From Nitrospirae bacterium MYbin3 (lineage in GTDB: Bacteria > Nitrospirota > Thermodesulfovibrionia > Thermodesulfovibrionales > Dissulfurispiraceae), in the NCBI GenBank assembly GCA_002753335.1, contig PEAD01000007.1, positions 1 to 64,000 on the forward strand: a stretch of DNA of 64,000 bases, read 5' to 3'. Position 1 is the first letter of the stretch, and every line of letters starts with the position of its first letter. The position numbers were made by a program, and so were the translations under genes. The notes under the pieces are model-generated. The model did no database searches. It had not been told where the DNA came from and worked only from the letters and a program-made list of their open reading frames with translations. Below, piece after piece: positions 19,275 to 27,908 of this stretch.

Positions 19275-19792
19275 ACACATATATAAAAATACCGCTCTTT
19301 ATTGTTACGCTTGTGATTCTGGCGCTTGTATCAGGCCATTTTACTTTCAAACTCTTGAGTTTCAGCAGAACGGTTGATGTGCCGGACCTGAAGGGGAAAA
19401 CCACCACAGAGGCCAACGATATTGTACGTCATAAAAGTTTGTATTTAAGGATGGATGGCGAGGATTTTGATTCGAACATACCGCAGGGAAGAATCATAAG
19501 ACAGGATACGCCTTCAGGAAGCAAGGTAAAAGAGGGAAGGGAAATACGGATTGTGGTCAGCAAGGGCCCGCGCTTTCAGTATATGCCTGAGGTTGTTGGG
19601 CAAACCGTTGCGGCGGCAGAGGCTATGCTTGCAGAAAAAGGGATAAAAATGGGCAGGGTGGTTTATGCACATTCAGAGACTTCGCCGAAAGACGTAATAA
19701 TCGCGCAACGCCCTGAAACAGGCGAAAAGGGCGGCACCGAATTTAAGGTGGTTGTGAGCCTAGGCGATTACGAAGAGAAGCTGAAACAATAA
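19271..19792 (+). CDS. PASTA domain protein
   Basis: N-terminal TM; two PASTA-like repeats (VPDLKGK..IIRQDTPSG..VVSKG). Confidence 0.85.
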   Translation: MNTYIKIPLFIVTLVILALVSGHFTFKLLSFSRTVDVPDLKGKTTTEANDIVRHKSLYLRMDGEDFDSNIPQGRIIRQDTPSGSKVKEGREIRIVVSKGPRFQYMPEVVGQTVAAAEAMLAEKGIKMGRVVYAHSETSPKDVIIAQRPETGEKGGTEFKVVVSLGDYEEKLKQ

Positions 19793-19809
19793 ACATACTG
19801 GGAGGAACA

Positions 19810-20472
19810 GTGATAAAGATTTCACCATCAATTCTTTCGGCAGATTTTATGAGGCTTGGCGCAGAGATAAAGGCTGCGGAAGCGGCAGGCGCAGATGTAC
19901 TGCACATAGACATTATGGACGGCCATTTTGTGCCTAACATTACGATTGGCCCCGGAGTTGTCGAGTCTATAAAAAAAATATCCGCAATTCCCCTTGATGT
20001 TCACCTTATGATATCTGACCCGGATAAATATGCAGAAGATTTTATAAAGGCAGGCTCCGACTATCTGACTGTGCATGTGGAAGCTGCAACACATCTTCAC
20101 AGGACTGTTCAGGTGATTAAAAATGCCGGAATCAAAGCGGGTGTTTCGTTAAATCCGGCCACACCGGTATGCAGCCTCGACTGCATATTGTCCGATATCG
20201 ATCTGGTGCTTGTAATGTCGGTGAATCCGGGATTTGGAGGACAGTCTTTTATTCCCTCCGCTCTCTCCAAAATAAGGGCAATTAAAACCGCAATAAAAGA
20301 AAAAGGTTCAAACGCTATTATTGAAGTTGACGGCGGCGTGAAGCCGGCAAATGCCCGCGAAGTAGCAGAGGCGGGAGCTGACATGCTTGTAATGGGCTCG
20401 GCTTTTTTCAGCGTTGAAGACTATGGTGTGCTGATGAAAGATTTAAGAAAAAAACTTGAGGGTTTGGGTTGA
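19810..20472 (+). CDS. rpe: Ribulose-phosphate 3-epimerase
   Basis: SPSILSADF, HIDIMDGHFVPN, DVHLMI, MSVNPGFGGQ, VDGG. Confidence 0.97.
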   Translation: MIKISPSILSADFMRLGAEIKAAEAAGADVLHIDIMDGHFVPNITIGPGVVESIKKISAIPLDVHLMISDPDKYAEDFIKAGSDYLTVHVEAATHLHRTVQVIKNAGIKAGVSLNPATPVCSLDCILSDIDLVLVMSVNPGFGGQSFIPSALSKIRAIKTAIKEKGSNAIIEVDGGVKPANAREVAEAGADMLVMGSAFFSVEDYGVLMKDLRKKLEGLG

Positions 20473-20473
20473 T

Positions 20474-20770
20474 CTATTTTTTCGGTATATGTCTTTGTAG
20501 CGTTCCGAAAAGCTTTCCGATAAGATAACTGAAGCCGCCGCCCATCAATCCACCGATCAGGCCTACGATTCCTATCACAACGAAGGATAGGATTATTACC
20601 AATGGATGGTCTGTGGAATAAGAACTTTTCAGCATCCTGTTAAGATCGTTCGCAACAGCTTCGCTCCATCCGGAACCGAGAGTTTTTCCAAGCAGCAGAT
20701 CCATGCTTAGCGCAACGGCGATGCCGAGAACAAAGCCGGCGCTGAATCCGCCATAAAAGATTTTCTTCAT
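20474..20770 (-). CDS. Small membrane protein, hypothetical
   Basis: Two Gly-rich hydrophobic segments; ATGA overlap with the stop of the response regulator. Confidence 0.7.
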   Translation of the reverse strand: MKKIFYGGFSAGFVLGIAVALSMDLLLGKTLGSGWSEAVANDLNRMLKSSYSTDHPLVIILSFVVIGIVGLIGGLMGGGFSYLIGKLFGTLQRHIPKK

Positions 20771-22116
20771 TCAGCATCTATTCCGTATTTTTTGAATTTT
20801 CTATAAAGCGTGGCAAGATCGATTCCGAGCGCCTTTGCGGTTTCCTCTTTATTTTTGTTGTGAGCGCTATAAATCTTTAAAAGCAGGTTTTTTTCATAAT
20901 CATTTATGTATGCTTTTAAGGTTGAGGTTTCAACAGCGCTTTCGGTTTTTCTGAGTTTTTCGGGCAGATCCTGTACAGAAATTCTTGCTCCTTCAGTAAG
21001 CACCACGGAACGTTCGACCACGTTTTTCAGCTCCCGAACATTTCCGGGCCATGAGTATCCTATAAGTATTGCCATAGTGTCTTTATCGAAGCCGGTTATC
21101 TTTTTCTTGTGTTCGTCAGCAAACTTTTTCATGAAATGCATCGCAAGGGTTTCTATGTCTTCGCGTCTTTCTCTTAGGGGGGGGATTTTTATTTCGATAA
21201 CATCAAGCCTCCAGTACAGATCCTCTCTGAACTTGCCTTCTTTAAGTCTGCTCTCGATATCAATATTGGTTGCGGTTATAAGCCTTATGTCAACCGTTTT
21301 TAGTTTTGTGTCTCCAAGAGGCTGTACATCGCCGGTTTCAAGCACTTTAAGGAGCTTGGCCTGCAGTGCAAGCGGCATATCTCCTATTTCATCAAGGAAA
21401 AGTGTTCCGTTGTCTGCCAGCGGAATAAGGCCGGTCTTATCGTTTACCGCTCCGGTAAAAGCGCCTTTTTTGTAGCCGAATAGTTCCGATTCAAGCAGCC
21501 CCTCCGGAATAGCCGAGCAGTTGATAGATATGAAAGGTTTGTCTCTTCTCGGGCTGTTGCAGTGTATGAGTTCGGCAAAGAGTCCCTTGCCTGTTCCGCT
21601 TTCGCCTAAAATCATAATGTTGCTTTTGGTGGGAATAACCTTTTCGAGGGTGTCCATAATATTCGCCATCTGCTCCGAGTCGGATATAAACTCCCTGCAG
21701 GACATCTTCTGGCTGCGTTCTTGTTTTAAAGCTATATTTTCGCTGACAACATTTTTGTGCTCTAGGCTTTTTCTTATGGTAAGCTTTACCTCTTCGTTTA
21801 GAAAAGGCTTAACGATATAGTCCGCGGCGCCCCTCTTCATAGCATCCACCGCCGACTCTACCGATGAAAAGGCTGTCATCATTATCGCTACTGTTTCTGG
21901 TGCTGATTGCTTTATTTTTTCGAGGACAGTAAAGCCGTCAATTTTGCCCATTTTTAAATCGGTCAAAACGGCGTCGAAATTTTCTTTTGAGAGCCGCTCT
22001 AAAGCTTCTTCCCCGCTGTAAAGCGTGGTTACCGAATAACCTTCTCTTGTCAGCAGAAGGTCAAGTGCACGGCAGATATCCGGTTCGTCATCAATCACAA
22101 GAATTTTAGGCTTCAT
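20767..22116 (-). CDS. Sigma54-dependent (NtrC-family) response regulator
   Basis: REC domain, GESGTGK, ESELFG, GAFTGA, LFLDEIG, WPGNVREL, C-terminal Fis-type HTH. Confidence 0.95.
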   Translation of the reverse strand: MKPKILVIDDEPDICRALDLLLTREGYSVTTLYSGEEALERLSKENFDAVLTDLKMGKIDGFTVLEKIKQSAPETVAIMMTAFSSVESAVDAMKRGAADYIVKPFLNEEVKLTIRKSLEHKNVVSENIALKQERSQKMSCREFISDSEQMANIMDTLEKVIPTKSNIMILGESGTGKGLFAELIHCNSPRRDKPFISINCSAIPEGLLESELFGYKKGAFTGAVNDKTGLIPLADNGTLFLDEIGDMPLALQAKLLKVLETGDVQPLGDTKLKTVDIRLITATNIDIESRLKEGKFREDLYWRLDVIEIKIPPLRERREDIETLAMHFMKKFADEHKKKITGFDKDTMAILIGYSWPGNVRELKNVVERSVVLTEGARISVQDLPEKLRKTESAVETSTLKAYINDYEKNLLLKIYSAHNKNKEETAKALGIDLATLYRKFKKYGIDAE

Positions 22117-24157
22117 TTGCCAAGTATCCTTTCAGGGGAATGGTAATTATAAAGGTTGTGCCTTTGCCCTGCTCGCTTTCAACCGAAAGTGTGCCGTTCA
22201 TTTTTTTGATGATGTTGTAGCTTACAGCCAGTCCAAGGCCGGTTCCTTTTTCTTTGGTTGTGTGGAATGGATCAAAGATTCTTGCAAGATCGCTCTTGGA
22301 TATGCCGATGCCTGTGTCGCGGAACTCTATTAAAACATTATCACCTAATAGATGGCTCTTAACCTCAAGAATGCCTTCATCAACTATCGCGTCAAAGGCG
22401 TTTAGGATAAGGTTTACAAAGACCTGAGAAAGCTGGTTGCCGTCGAGTGTTAGAACAGGGATATCATTGCCGAGATCTTTTTTGATCGTAACATTCTTCG
22501 CTTTTTTATCATACTGTATAAGGTTTAGTGAGGTGTCTATCACTTCGTTAATCCGGCATTCCTTGGGCTCTCCGGCCGGCATTCTCGAAAAGCCCGAGAG
22601 CTGTTTAAGTATTTCGGACACTCTGTTTACATGGAAATATATTGTATCGAGGCTTTCTTTTTTGAATGTATCCTCTTCATTTTCTCTCAGCAGCTGGACA
22701 AAAGAGAAGATAGAGGTCATCGGATTTCCTATCTCATGTGCGATGCCTGCCGCAAGGCGGCCTATAGAGGCGAGCTTTTCGGAATGTATTATCTGCTCTT
22801 CCATTTTTTTTATTTCGGTAATGTCCTGAATCAGTCGTATGTATCCGTGAATAGCGCCGTCATCGCTTTTGATGGGCGCAGTGGTCACCTGAAAAAAGAT
22901 GTTTGTCTTTCCGAAAAGGTTCGACATGACCATCGTCTCTATGCCGTCTTTCGTATATGTGCCGGATATATGGCAGTCTCTGCAGACATCTTCGCAGTAC
23001 ATTCCGTTTATGTCTATGCCTGCCATATCTTTTATTGTGTTGTTCGTCCACTGAATTCTGCCGTCCTTGTCCATAAGGACAAGGCCGCCGCCGATTGTGC
23101 TGACTATTGTATCGAGCTTTTCTTTTTCGCCTTTCAGTTCTGCGGTTCTCTCCGAAACTTTGTTTTCGAGGTCTTGGGTGTAGTGTTCAAGCTCCCGCTG
23201 CCTTTTTTCGAGCTCTATCGCCTGAATCCTTTTTTTGTTCATGATGATAAGAATTGCCGACACCAATGTGGTTGCGACAAAGATAGAGATAATCAGATAC
23301 GAGTACAGCTTCATGCTCTGGCCTGTTACGCGTGTTATATCTGAGTACGGCGATGACATAACAACAAGCCATGAAAGGCTTTCCCTGTCAACATCCGCAA
23401 AGGCAAGAATCTTGTCCTCACCGTGAGGAGCGATATATCTTCCATAGTTGCCGCTTTTGCCCTCAAGCATCTTTTTTTCAAAATCAAAGCTCAAATGGCA
23501 TTTAAAGCAGGAGTCATCTGCCTTATAAAGATTCCTCCCGATCATTTCGGGATGTGTGGGATGATAAAGCAGGTCGCCGTTTCTGTTGATCATCCATGCG
23601 TACCCTGAGCTTTCTGCGCGGACATTTTCTAGAAAATGGTTTGCTATATCTTTGACCGCAAAAGAAATAAAGATAATATCGTTCAGTCTGTTTTTTCTGA
23701 AAACAGGCGCCACAATTGTTATGTTTTCGGGTGCATTTATCAGAGCTGCGTCTTTGTTTGGCAGGCTTTTGCCTGTTGATATGATTTGGGGCAGCACCTG
23801 CTTTATTAGATCCCCGTTGCCGTTGATTACCGCTATCTTCCCATCAGTGCCTATAAGACCTGTTACCGCCTTAAGCACCCCTTTATGCTTCATCTCCTCT
23901 TTGGTGAGATCTTCAAAAGTTGCTTTGGTTGTATAAGGTTTCTCGGCAAGTTCATGAGCGACCTCAAGCGCCTCTTCTTTCATAAACTGGATATAAGACC
24001 TGATATTGTTCGCTATTGATTTAGAGAGGAGAAGCTGTTCTTTGTTGAACTGCTCCGCTATTTCCATCTGCAGTGATTGCTGAAAAAATACGTTAAGTGT
24101 GACCAGAATAGAGATTATTGCTACAATTATGCTGACTATAAGAAAGTACCCTTTCAT
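22106..24157 (-). CDS. Sensor histidine kinase: Cache-like periplasmic domain with CxxCH, Cys-rich PAS, HisKA/HATPase
   Basis: Two TMs; GYAWMI..LLYHP Cache signature containing CFKCH; cytoplasmic CEDVCRDCH; AHEIGNP H-box; GTGLGL. Confidence 0.92.
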   Translation of the reverse strand: MKGYFLIVSIIVAIISILVTLNVFFQQSLQMEIAEQFNKEQLLLSKSIANNIRSYIQFMKEEALEVAHELAEKPYTTKATFEDLTKEEMKHKGVLKAVTGLIGTDGKIAVINGNGDLIKQVLPQIISTGKSLPNKDAALINAPENITIVAPVFRKNRLNDIIFISFAVKDIANHFLENVRAESSGYAWMINRNGDLLYHPTHPEMIGRNLYKADDSCFKCHLSFDFEKKMLEGKSGNYGRYIAPHGEDKILAFADVDRESLSWLVVMSSPYSDITRVTGQSMKLYSYLIISIFVATTLVSAILIIMNKKRIQAIELEKRQRELEHYTQDLENKVSERTAELKGEKEKLDTIVSTIGGGLVLMDKDGRIQWTNNTIKDMAGIDINGMYCEDVCRDCHISGTYTKDGIETMVMSNLFGKTNIFFQVTTAPIKSDDGAIHGYIRLIQDITEIKKMEEQIIHSEKLASIGRLAAGIAHEIGNPMTSIFSFVQLLRENEEDTFKKESLDTIYFHVNRVSEILKQLSGFSRMPAGEPKECRINEVIDTSLNLIQYDKKAKNVTIKKDLGNDIPVLTLDGNQLSQVFVNLILNAFDAIVDEGILEVKSHLLGDNVLIEFRDTGIGISKSDLARIFDPFHTTKEKGTGLGLAVSYNIIKKMNGTLSVESEQGKGTTFIITIPLKGYLANEA

Positions 24158-24204
24158 GCCTCCCCTTGCAAAAACGGTTTAAAATGCAAAACTGCAAAAA
24201 ATTA

Positions 24205-24220
24205 AGCATGAAACGTGCCT
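24205..24220 (-). promoter_or_regulatory. Sigma54 -24/-12 promoter of the kinase/regulator operon
   Basis: Minus strand AGGCACGTTTCATGCT (GG-N10-GC); TGCA-N4-TGCA palindromes at 24252-24269, 24282-24297 and 24185-24196. Confidence 0.7.
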
Positions 24221-24300
24221 AATGCATCTTATTGTTTTTAAATGGAACCCCTTTTGCAACATTGCAAAACAGCGACATTTATTTGCAGTATTGCAAAAGC

Positions 24301-25191
24301 CTAGTAAACAAACGTCTTAGGTGATTTGTAGGTGTGGCATTTTGAACAGAGTTGTCTTGCCTTGGATTCTGTGACTATCCATGAGTGGGGTTTGTGGCAG
24401 TCAAGGCAATGCAGCGACTGGTTTGCATGCAGGCCATGCTTGCCGGCCGCAGCTTGGTTGCGATGGCATTCGCTTGTGCAGTTTGTTTCCTGCGGAATGA
24501 TTTTTTTGTGCGGCTTATGGCATTGGCGGCACATAAGTCCTGACATAGGACCGGTGGTTTTTATCTTGGTGTGGCAATTTATGCATCTGTCCTGAGGTAT
24601 CATTGATGGTGTCTTTTCTGAAAATGTGTGGCATTTTAAGCAGGAGAAGGTTTCCATGCCAATACCATGAACACCTTTGTCTTTATGGCATTCCTGACAT
24701 GCTTTTTCGTTAGGCCTGAAATTGTGCAGAGAGCTTTCGTGGCAGGTCTTGCAGCCGATGTTTTTTACCGCGATATGCAGGTCATGTCCGCGAGACTTTT
24801 TAATGGTGAGCGAACCCTGAGCCATTTCTCCTGCATGGCACTTTTTGCAGGCAGCCCAAGGCTTCTCCCTGCCATGGGTTTGTGACAGCGGCTGGTTGCC
24901 CTGCACCACATAAGCGATGAGCAGCTTGTTTTGTTCAAGCATTGTCAGGCTATGGCATTGCTGACAAAGAACCTCGCTATGTTTGCCGCGCTCCCACTCT
25001 TTATATGCCTCCTGCATAAGGTGACAGGATACACAGTAGTGCGGGTCGTCTTCTGTATATCGGTAGTATTTATATCCGGTTAAAAGTCCTAAAACCGCCA
25101 CAACAGCAATTACAGCAAGCACAAGCCCCTTAGAATGCTCGATGAGTCCTTCGATAAATTCCGCAATTTTTTCTTGCAATGGGATCTTCAT
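24301..25191 (-). CDS. Membrane-anchored multiheme cytochrome c (10 CxxCH + 1 CxxxCH), NapC/NrfH-like N-terminus
   Basis: N-terminal TM, then CVSCH(LM), CQQCH, CKKCH, CKTCH, CQECH, CLKCH, CINCH, CRQCH, CTSECH, CLDCH, CSKCH. Confidence 0.92.
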   Translation of the reverse strand: MKIPLQEKIAEFIEGLIEHSKGLVLAVIAVVAVLGLLTGYKYYRYTEDDPHYCVSCHLMQEAYKEWERGKHSEVLCQQCHSLTMLEQNKLLIAYVVQGNQPLSQTHGREKPWAACKKCHAGEMAQGSLTIKKSRGHDLHIAVKNIGCKTCHESSLHNFRPNEKACQECHKDKGVHGIGMETFSCLKCHTFSEKTPSMIPQDRCINCHTKIKTTGPMSGLMCRQCHKPHKKIIPQETNCTSECHRNQAAAGKHGLHANQSLHCLDCHKPHSWIVTESKARQLCSKCHTYKSPKTFVY

Positions 25192-25193
25192 AA

Positions 25194-25892
25194 TCAATAA
25201 AAAATTTTAAACAACATAAAAGTTATAATTGTGCCGAGAACAGATCCGGCAATAACCTCCAGTGATGTATGTGCCTTTATCGTTATTCTGCTCTGAGCGA
25301 TAATTACGGCCAGTCCAAAGCAAATAAGCGATATGCTGAAGTTTTCGGTAATATAGGTTACAGAAAGCCATCCTGAAAAGGCTATGGCTGCGTGGCCGCT
25401 CGGCATTCCGCCGCTGAGAGGATGCCCTTTGCCTGTGTAAGCTTTTAAAACAATGACCGAGATAAGCACGAGAATTATCGCTATGAGAGCGATCTCTTCT
25501 TTGGAATGTTTGGCTATATGAAGGCCTGAATCGAAAATTTTTTTCAAATAAGGAAAAAGGGTTATATATCCTATAACCGCTGCTCCGAAAGCTGTTATAA
25601 GCACAGCGCCTGCAGAAACATCTTTTGTTATTCGCGCTTTTTCACTGTATTCGGGCGACAGGATGTCAACCACATATTCGATTGCTGTGTTTAGCATTTC
25701 GGCAAGCAGGACCAGAATTACCGCCACGGCTATAATCAAAAAATCTGTACGGTGCAGGCCTAGGGCATAACTCAGCATAAGCACCGCAACCGCGCAGTAG
25801 AGGTGATAGCGCAGATGGCGCTGCGTTTTCGCAGCATGCAGGATGCCTTCTATTGCATTGTTGGCGCTTTCTATCCAGCGTCTCAGCGGCAC
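25194..25892 (-). CDS. dgkA: Diacylglycerol/undecaprenol kinase fused to PAP2-like domain
   Basis: AIEGI..EMLNTAIEYVVD..KDVSAGAV; C-terminal GGMPSGH..SRI..HT..EV. Confidence 0.85.
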   Translation of the reverse strand: MPLRRWIESANNAIEGILHAAKTQRHLRYHLYCAVAVLMLSYALGLHRTDFLIIAVAVILVLLAEMLNTAIEYVVDILSPEYSEKARITKDVSAGAVLITAFGAAVIGYITLFPYLKKIFDSGLHIAKHSKEEIALIAIILVLISVIVLKAYTGKGHPLSGGMPSGHAAIAFSGWLSVTYITENFSISLICFGLAVIIAQSRITIKAHTSLEVIAGSVLGTIITFMLFKIFY

Positions 25893-26356
25893 AATATCTC
25901 CATAAGTTCTTTTTCGCGTCTTCGCATTTTTAACGCTTTATGCCTGCCATCTTCATGGTCATAGCCGAGCAGATGCAGAAGTCCATGCACCAAAAGACGC
26001 GACAGTTCTTCATAAAAACTAACGCAATTTTCCAGCGCTTGTGCTTTTGCTTTAGGGATGCTTATCACGATATCTCCTAAATGGATCGGAAGTCCGCTGT
26101 TTTTCGAAAAGTAAAAGGGATCGTTCTGAGGAAAAGAAAGCACATCTGTAACCTTATCAATGCCCCGATAATCGCGGTTTAAACTTTTTATGATCCTGTT
26201 GTTCACCAGCATAACGCTAAGCTCCAAGCGGCCGGCGCGGTTTTTTAGGCTATTATTTTTCTGGACTAAATGTTTGAGAGTCCTGCTGGCCGTTTTTTTT
26301 ATTCTCAGCAGGTTTATCTTTGTCGTCTTTTGCCTGTTCCTTACTGATATTTCCAT
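25883..26356 (-). CDS. ybeY: rRNA maturation endoribonuclease YbeY
   Basis: LNRDYRGIDKVTDVLSF, LGDIVIS, HGLLHLLGYDH. Confidence 0.93.
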   Translation of the reverse strand: MEISVRNRQKTTKINLLRIKKTASRTLKHLVQKNNSLKNRAGRLELSVMLVNNRIIKSLNRDYRGIDKVTDVLSFPQNDPFYFSKNSGLPIHLGDIVISIPKAKAQALENCVSFYEELSRLLVHGLLHLLGYDHEDGRHKALKMRRREKELMEILCR

Positions 26357-27908
26357 TTTCTGCCGCCTTGGATATATTTTTTCCGGGCGCAGCCTCCACA
26401 AGCAGCATGTCGGCTTTATGCGTCAGCGTTTTCTGGTCTATCTCTGGATATTCGATTCTTTTATGGAAAATGCTGGTCAGAATAAAGTTGAATCTTTTCT
26501 TGATTTCGGACAGGTCCTTTAGTGTCAACTCACATTCATCAATCTGTCCATCAAGGAAAATGTTGTTTATAATTCTATCCACAAGCGCCGAAATTCTTGC
26601 AGGGGTTGGGTCGGCCAAAGACCGTGAGGCAGCTTCCACAGCATCCGCCATCATCACAAGAGCGGCAACCCTTGATTGTGGTTTGGGGCCTGGATACCTA
26701 TAGCTTTCTTTTGACAACCCCACCTCAATGCCGGAATCAAGCGCTTTTTGATAAAAATATGTAATGAGCGACGTTCCGTGATGCTGACTTATGATATCCA
26801 TTACCGATTTGGGAAGCTTGTATTGCCTGCCAAGCTCTATGCCCTCTTTCACATGAGCGGTCAGTATAATGCTGCTCATGCTGGGTGTGAGCTTGTCATG
26901 TTTGCTTACAGTATGCCGCTGGTTTTCTACAAAGTATTCGGGCATTTTTACTTTTCCGATATCATGGTAGTAGGAACAAACCCTGGCAAGCAGCGGGTTT
27001 GCGCCGACCGCCTCGGCTGCCGATTCGGCAAGTGTTCCGGTGATGACGCTGTGGTGGTATGTGCCGGGGGCGTTTATCATGAGGCTTTTCATAAGAGGCT
27101 GGTCGAGGTCGAGAAGCTCTATAAGGCTTATGTCTGTTGTTATATTAAAAATGAATTCAAGTATGGGCAATAGCACCGATATTAAGGCTGACACAATAAT
27201 CCCGGACATTAGTGCAAAAATAAAGGCATATAAGGCTTCTGATGAAAACAGGGTTCCATTTGTTAAAACGATAATTTCGGCTGCCGTAACATTTACAAGA
27301 CTTACCCAGAGGCCGCCTTTTATCAGGGCAGATCTTTTTTTGCATCGAATTACGCTGAAGGCTGCTGTAAGGCTTCCAAAAAAGGCATAGATGGCGATAA
27401 ACGGATTGTTGAGCCAAATGCCGGTAAGCAAACTTATGGCGAACGAGAAGATCATGGCGGTATGGAAATCGAATATCATCGCAACAAGCATGGCGCCAAC
27501 AGGTATAGGTATGCCGAAGATGAAGGCATCTCCGCCGATAAGGTCAAGTCCTTTTTGCAGGCCCGATAAAAGGTAGGCAGATACTCTTCCTAAAAGCAGG
27601 GTCCCCGAAACGAGCAGGCCAAGAAGCAAAAGCATTTTATAGTCTTTTAAATAGAGCGGTTTGAAACGCCTGATGTCTTTATAAAAAAACAGCAGTATAA
27701 AAGATGCAATGAGGAAGCTGCCAACGAAGCGCTCTATGCTTTTCTGTTCGGTGATTATAAAGGCAGAAACAAGCCCGATCACAAGCAGCACAAAAACCTT
27801 GGACATGTCGTCCTTATGGCTGTCCCTGTAATCTTTAAGCCTCTCTACAAGGCTTTTGGGTTTCTTAATTTGAACCGTCTTCTGTGAGCCGTTTTTCGTA
27901 TCTTTCAT
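26253..27908 (-). CDS. 7TM-HD (HDIG) membrane phosphohydrolase, PgpH-like
   Basis: Multiple TMs; APGTYHHS, YYHDIGK, QHHGT, RYPGPKP, MADAVEAA; phoH-HD-ybeY-dgkA synteny. Confidence 0.9.
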   Translation of the reverse strand: MKDTKNGSQKTVQIKKPKSLVERLKDYRDSHKDDMSKVFVLLVIGLVSAFIITEQKSIERFVGSFLIASFILLFFYKDIRRFKPLYLKDYKMLLLLGLLVSGTLLLGRVSAYLLSGLQKGLDLIGGDAFIFGIPIPVGAMLVAMIFDFHTAMIFSFAISLLTGIWLNNPFIAIYAFFGSLTAAFSVIRCKKRSALIKGGLWVSLVNVTAAEIIVLTNGTLFSSEALYAFIFALMSGIIVSALISVLLPILEFIFNITTDISLIELLDLDQPLMKSLMINAPGTYHHSVITGTLAESAAEAVGANPLLARVCSYYHDIGKVKMPEYFVENQRHTVSKHDKLTPSMSSIILTAHVKEGIELGRQYKLPKSVMDIISQHHGTSLITYFYQKALDSGIEVGLSKESYRYPGPKPQSRVAALVMMADAVEAASRSLADPTPARISALVDRIINNIFLDGQIDECELTLKDLSEIKKRFNFILTSIFHKRIEYPEIDQKTLTHKADMLLVEAAPGKNISKAAENGNISKEQAKDDKDKPAENKKNGQQDSQTFSPEK

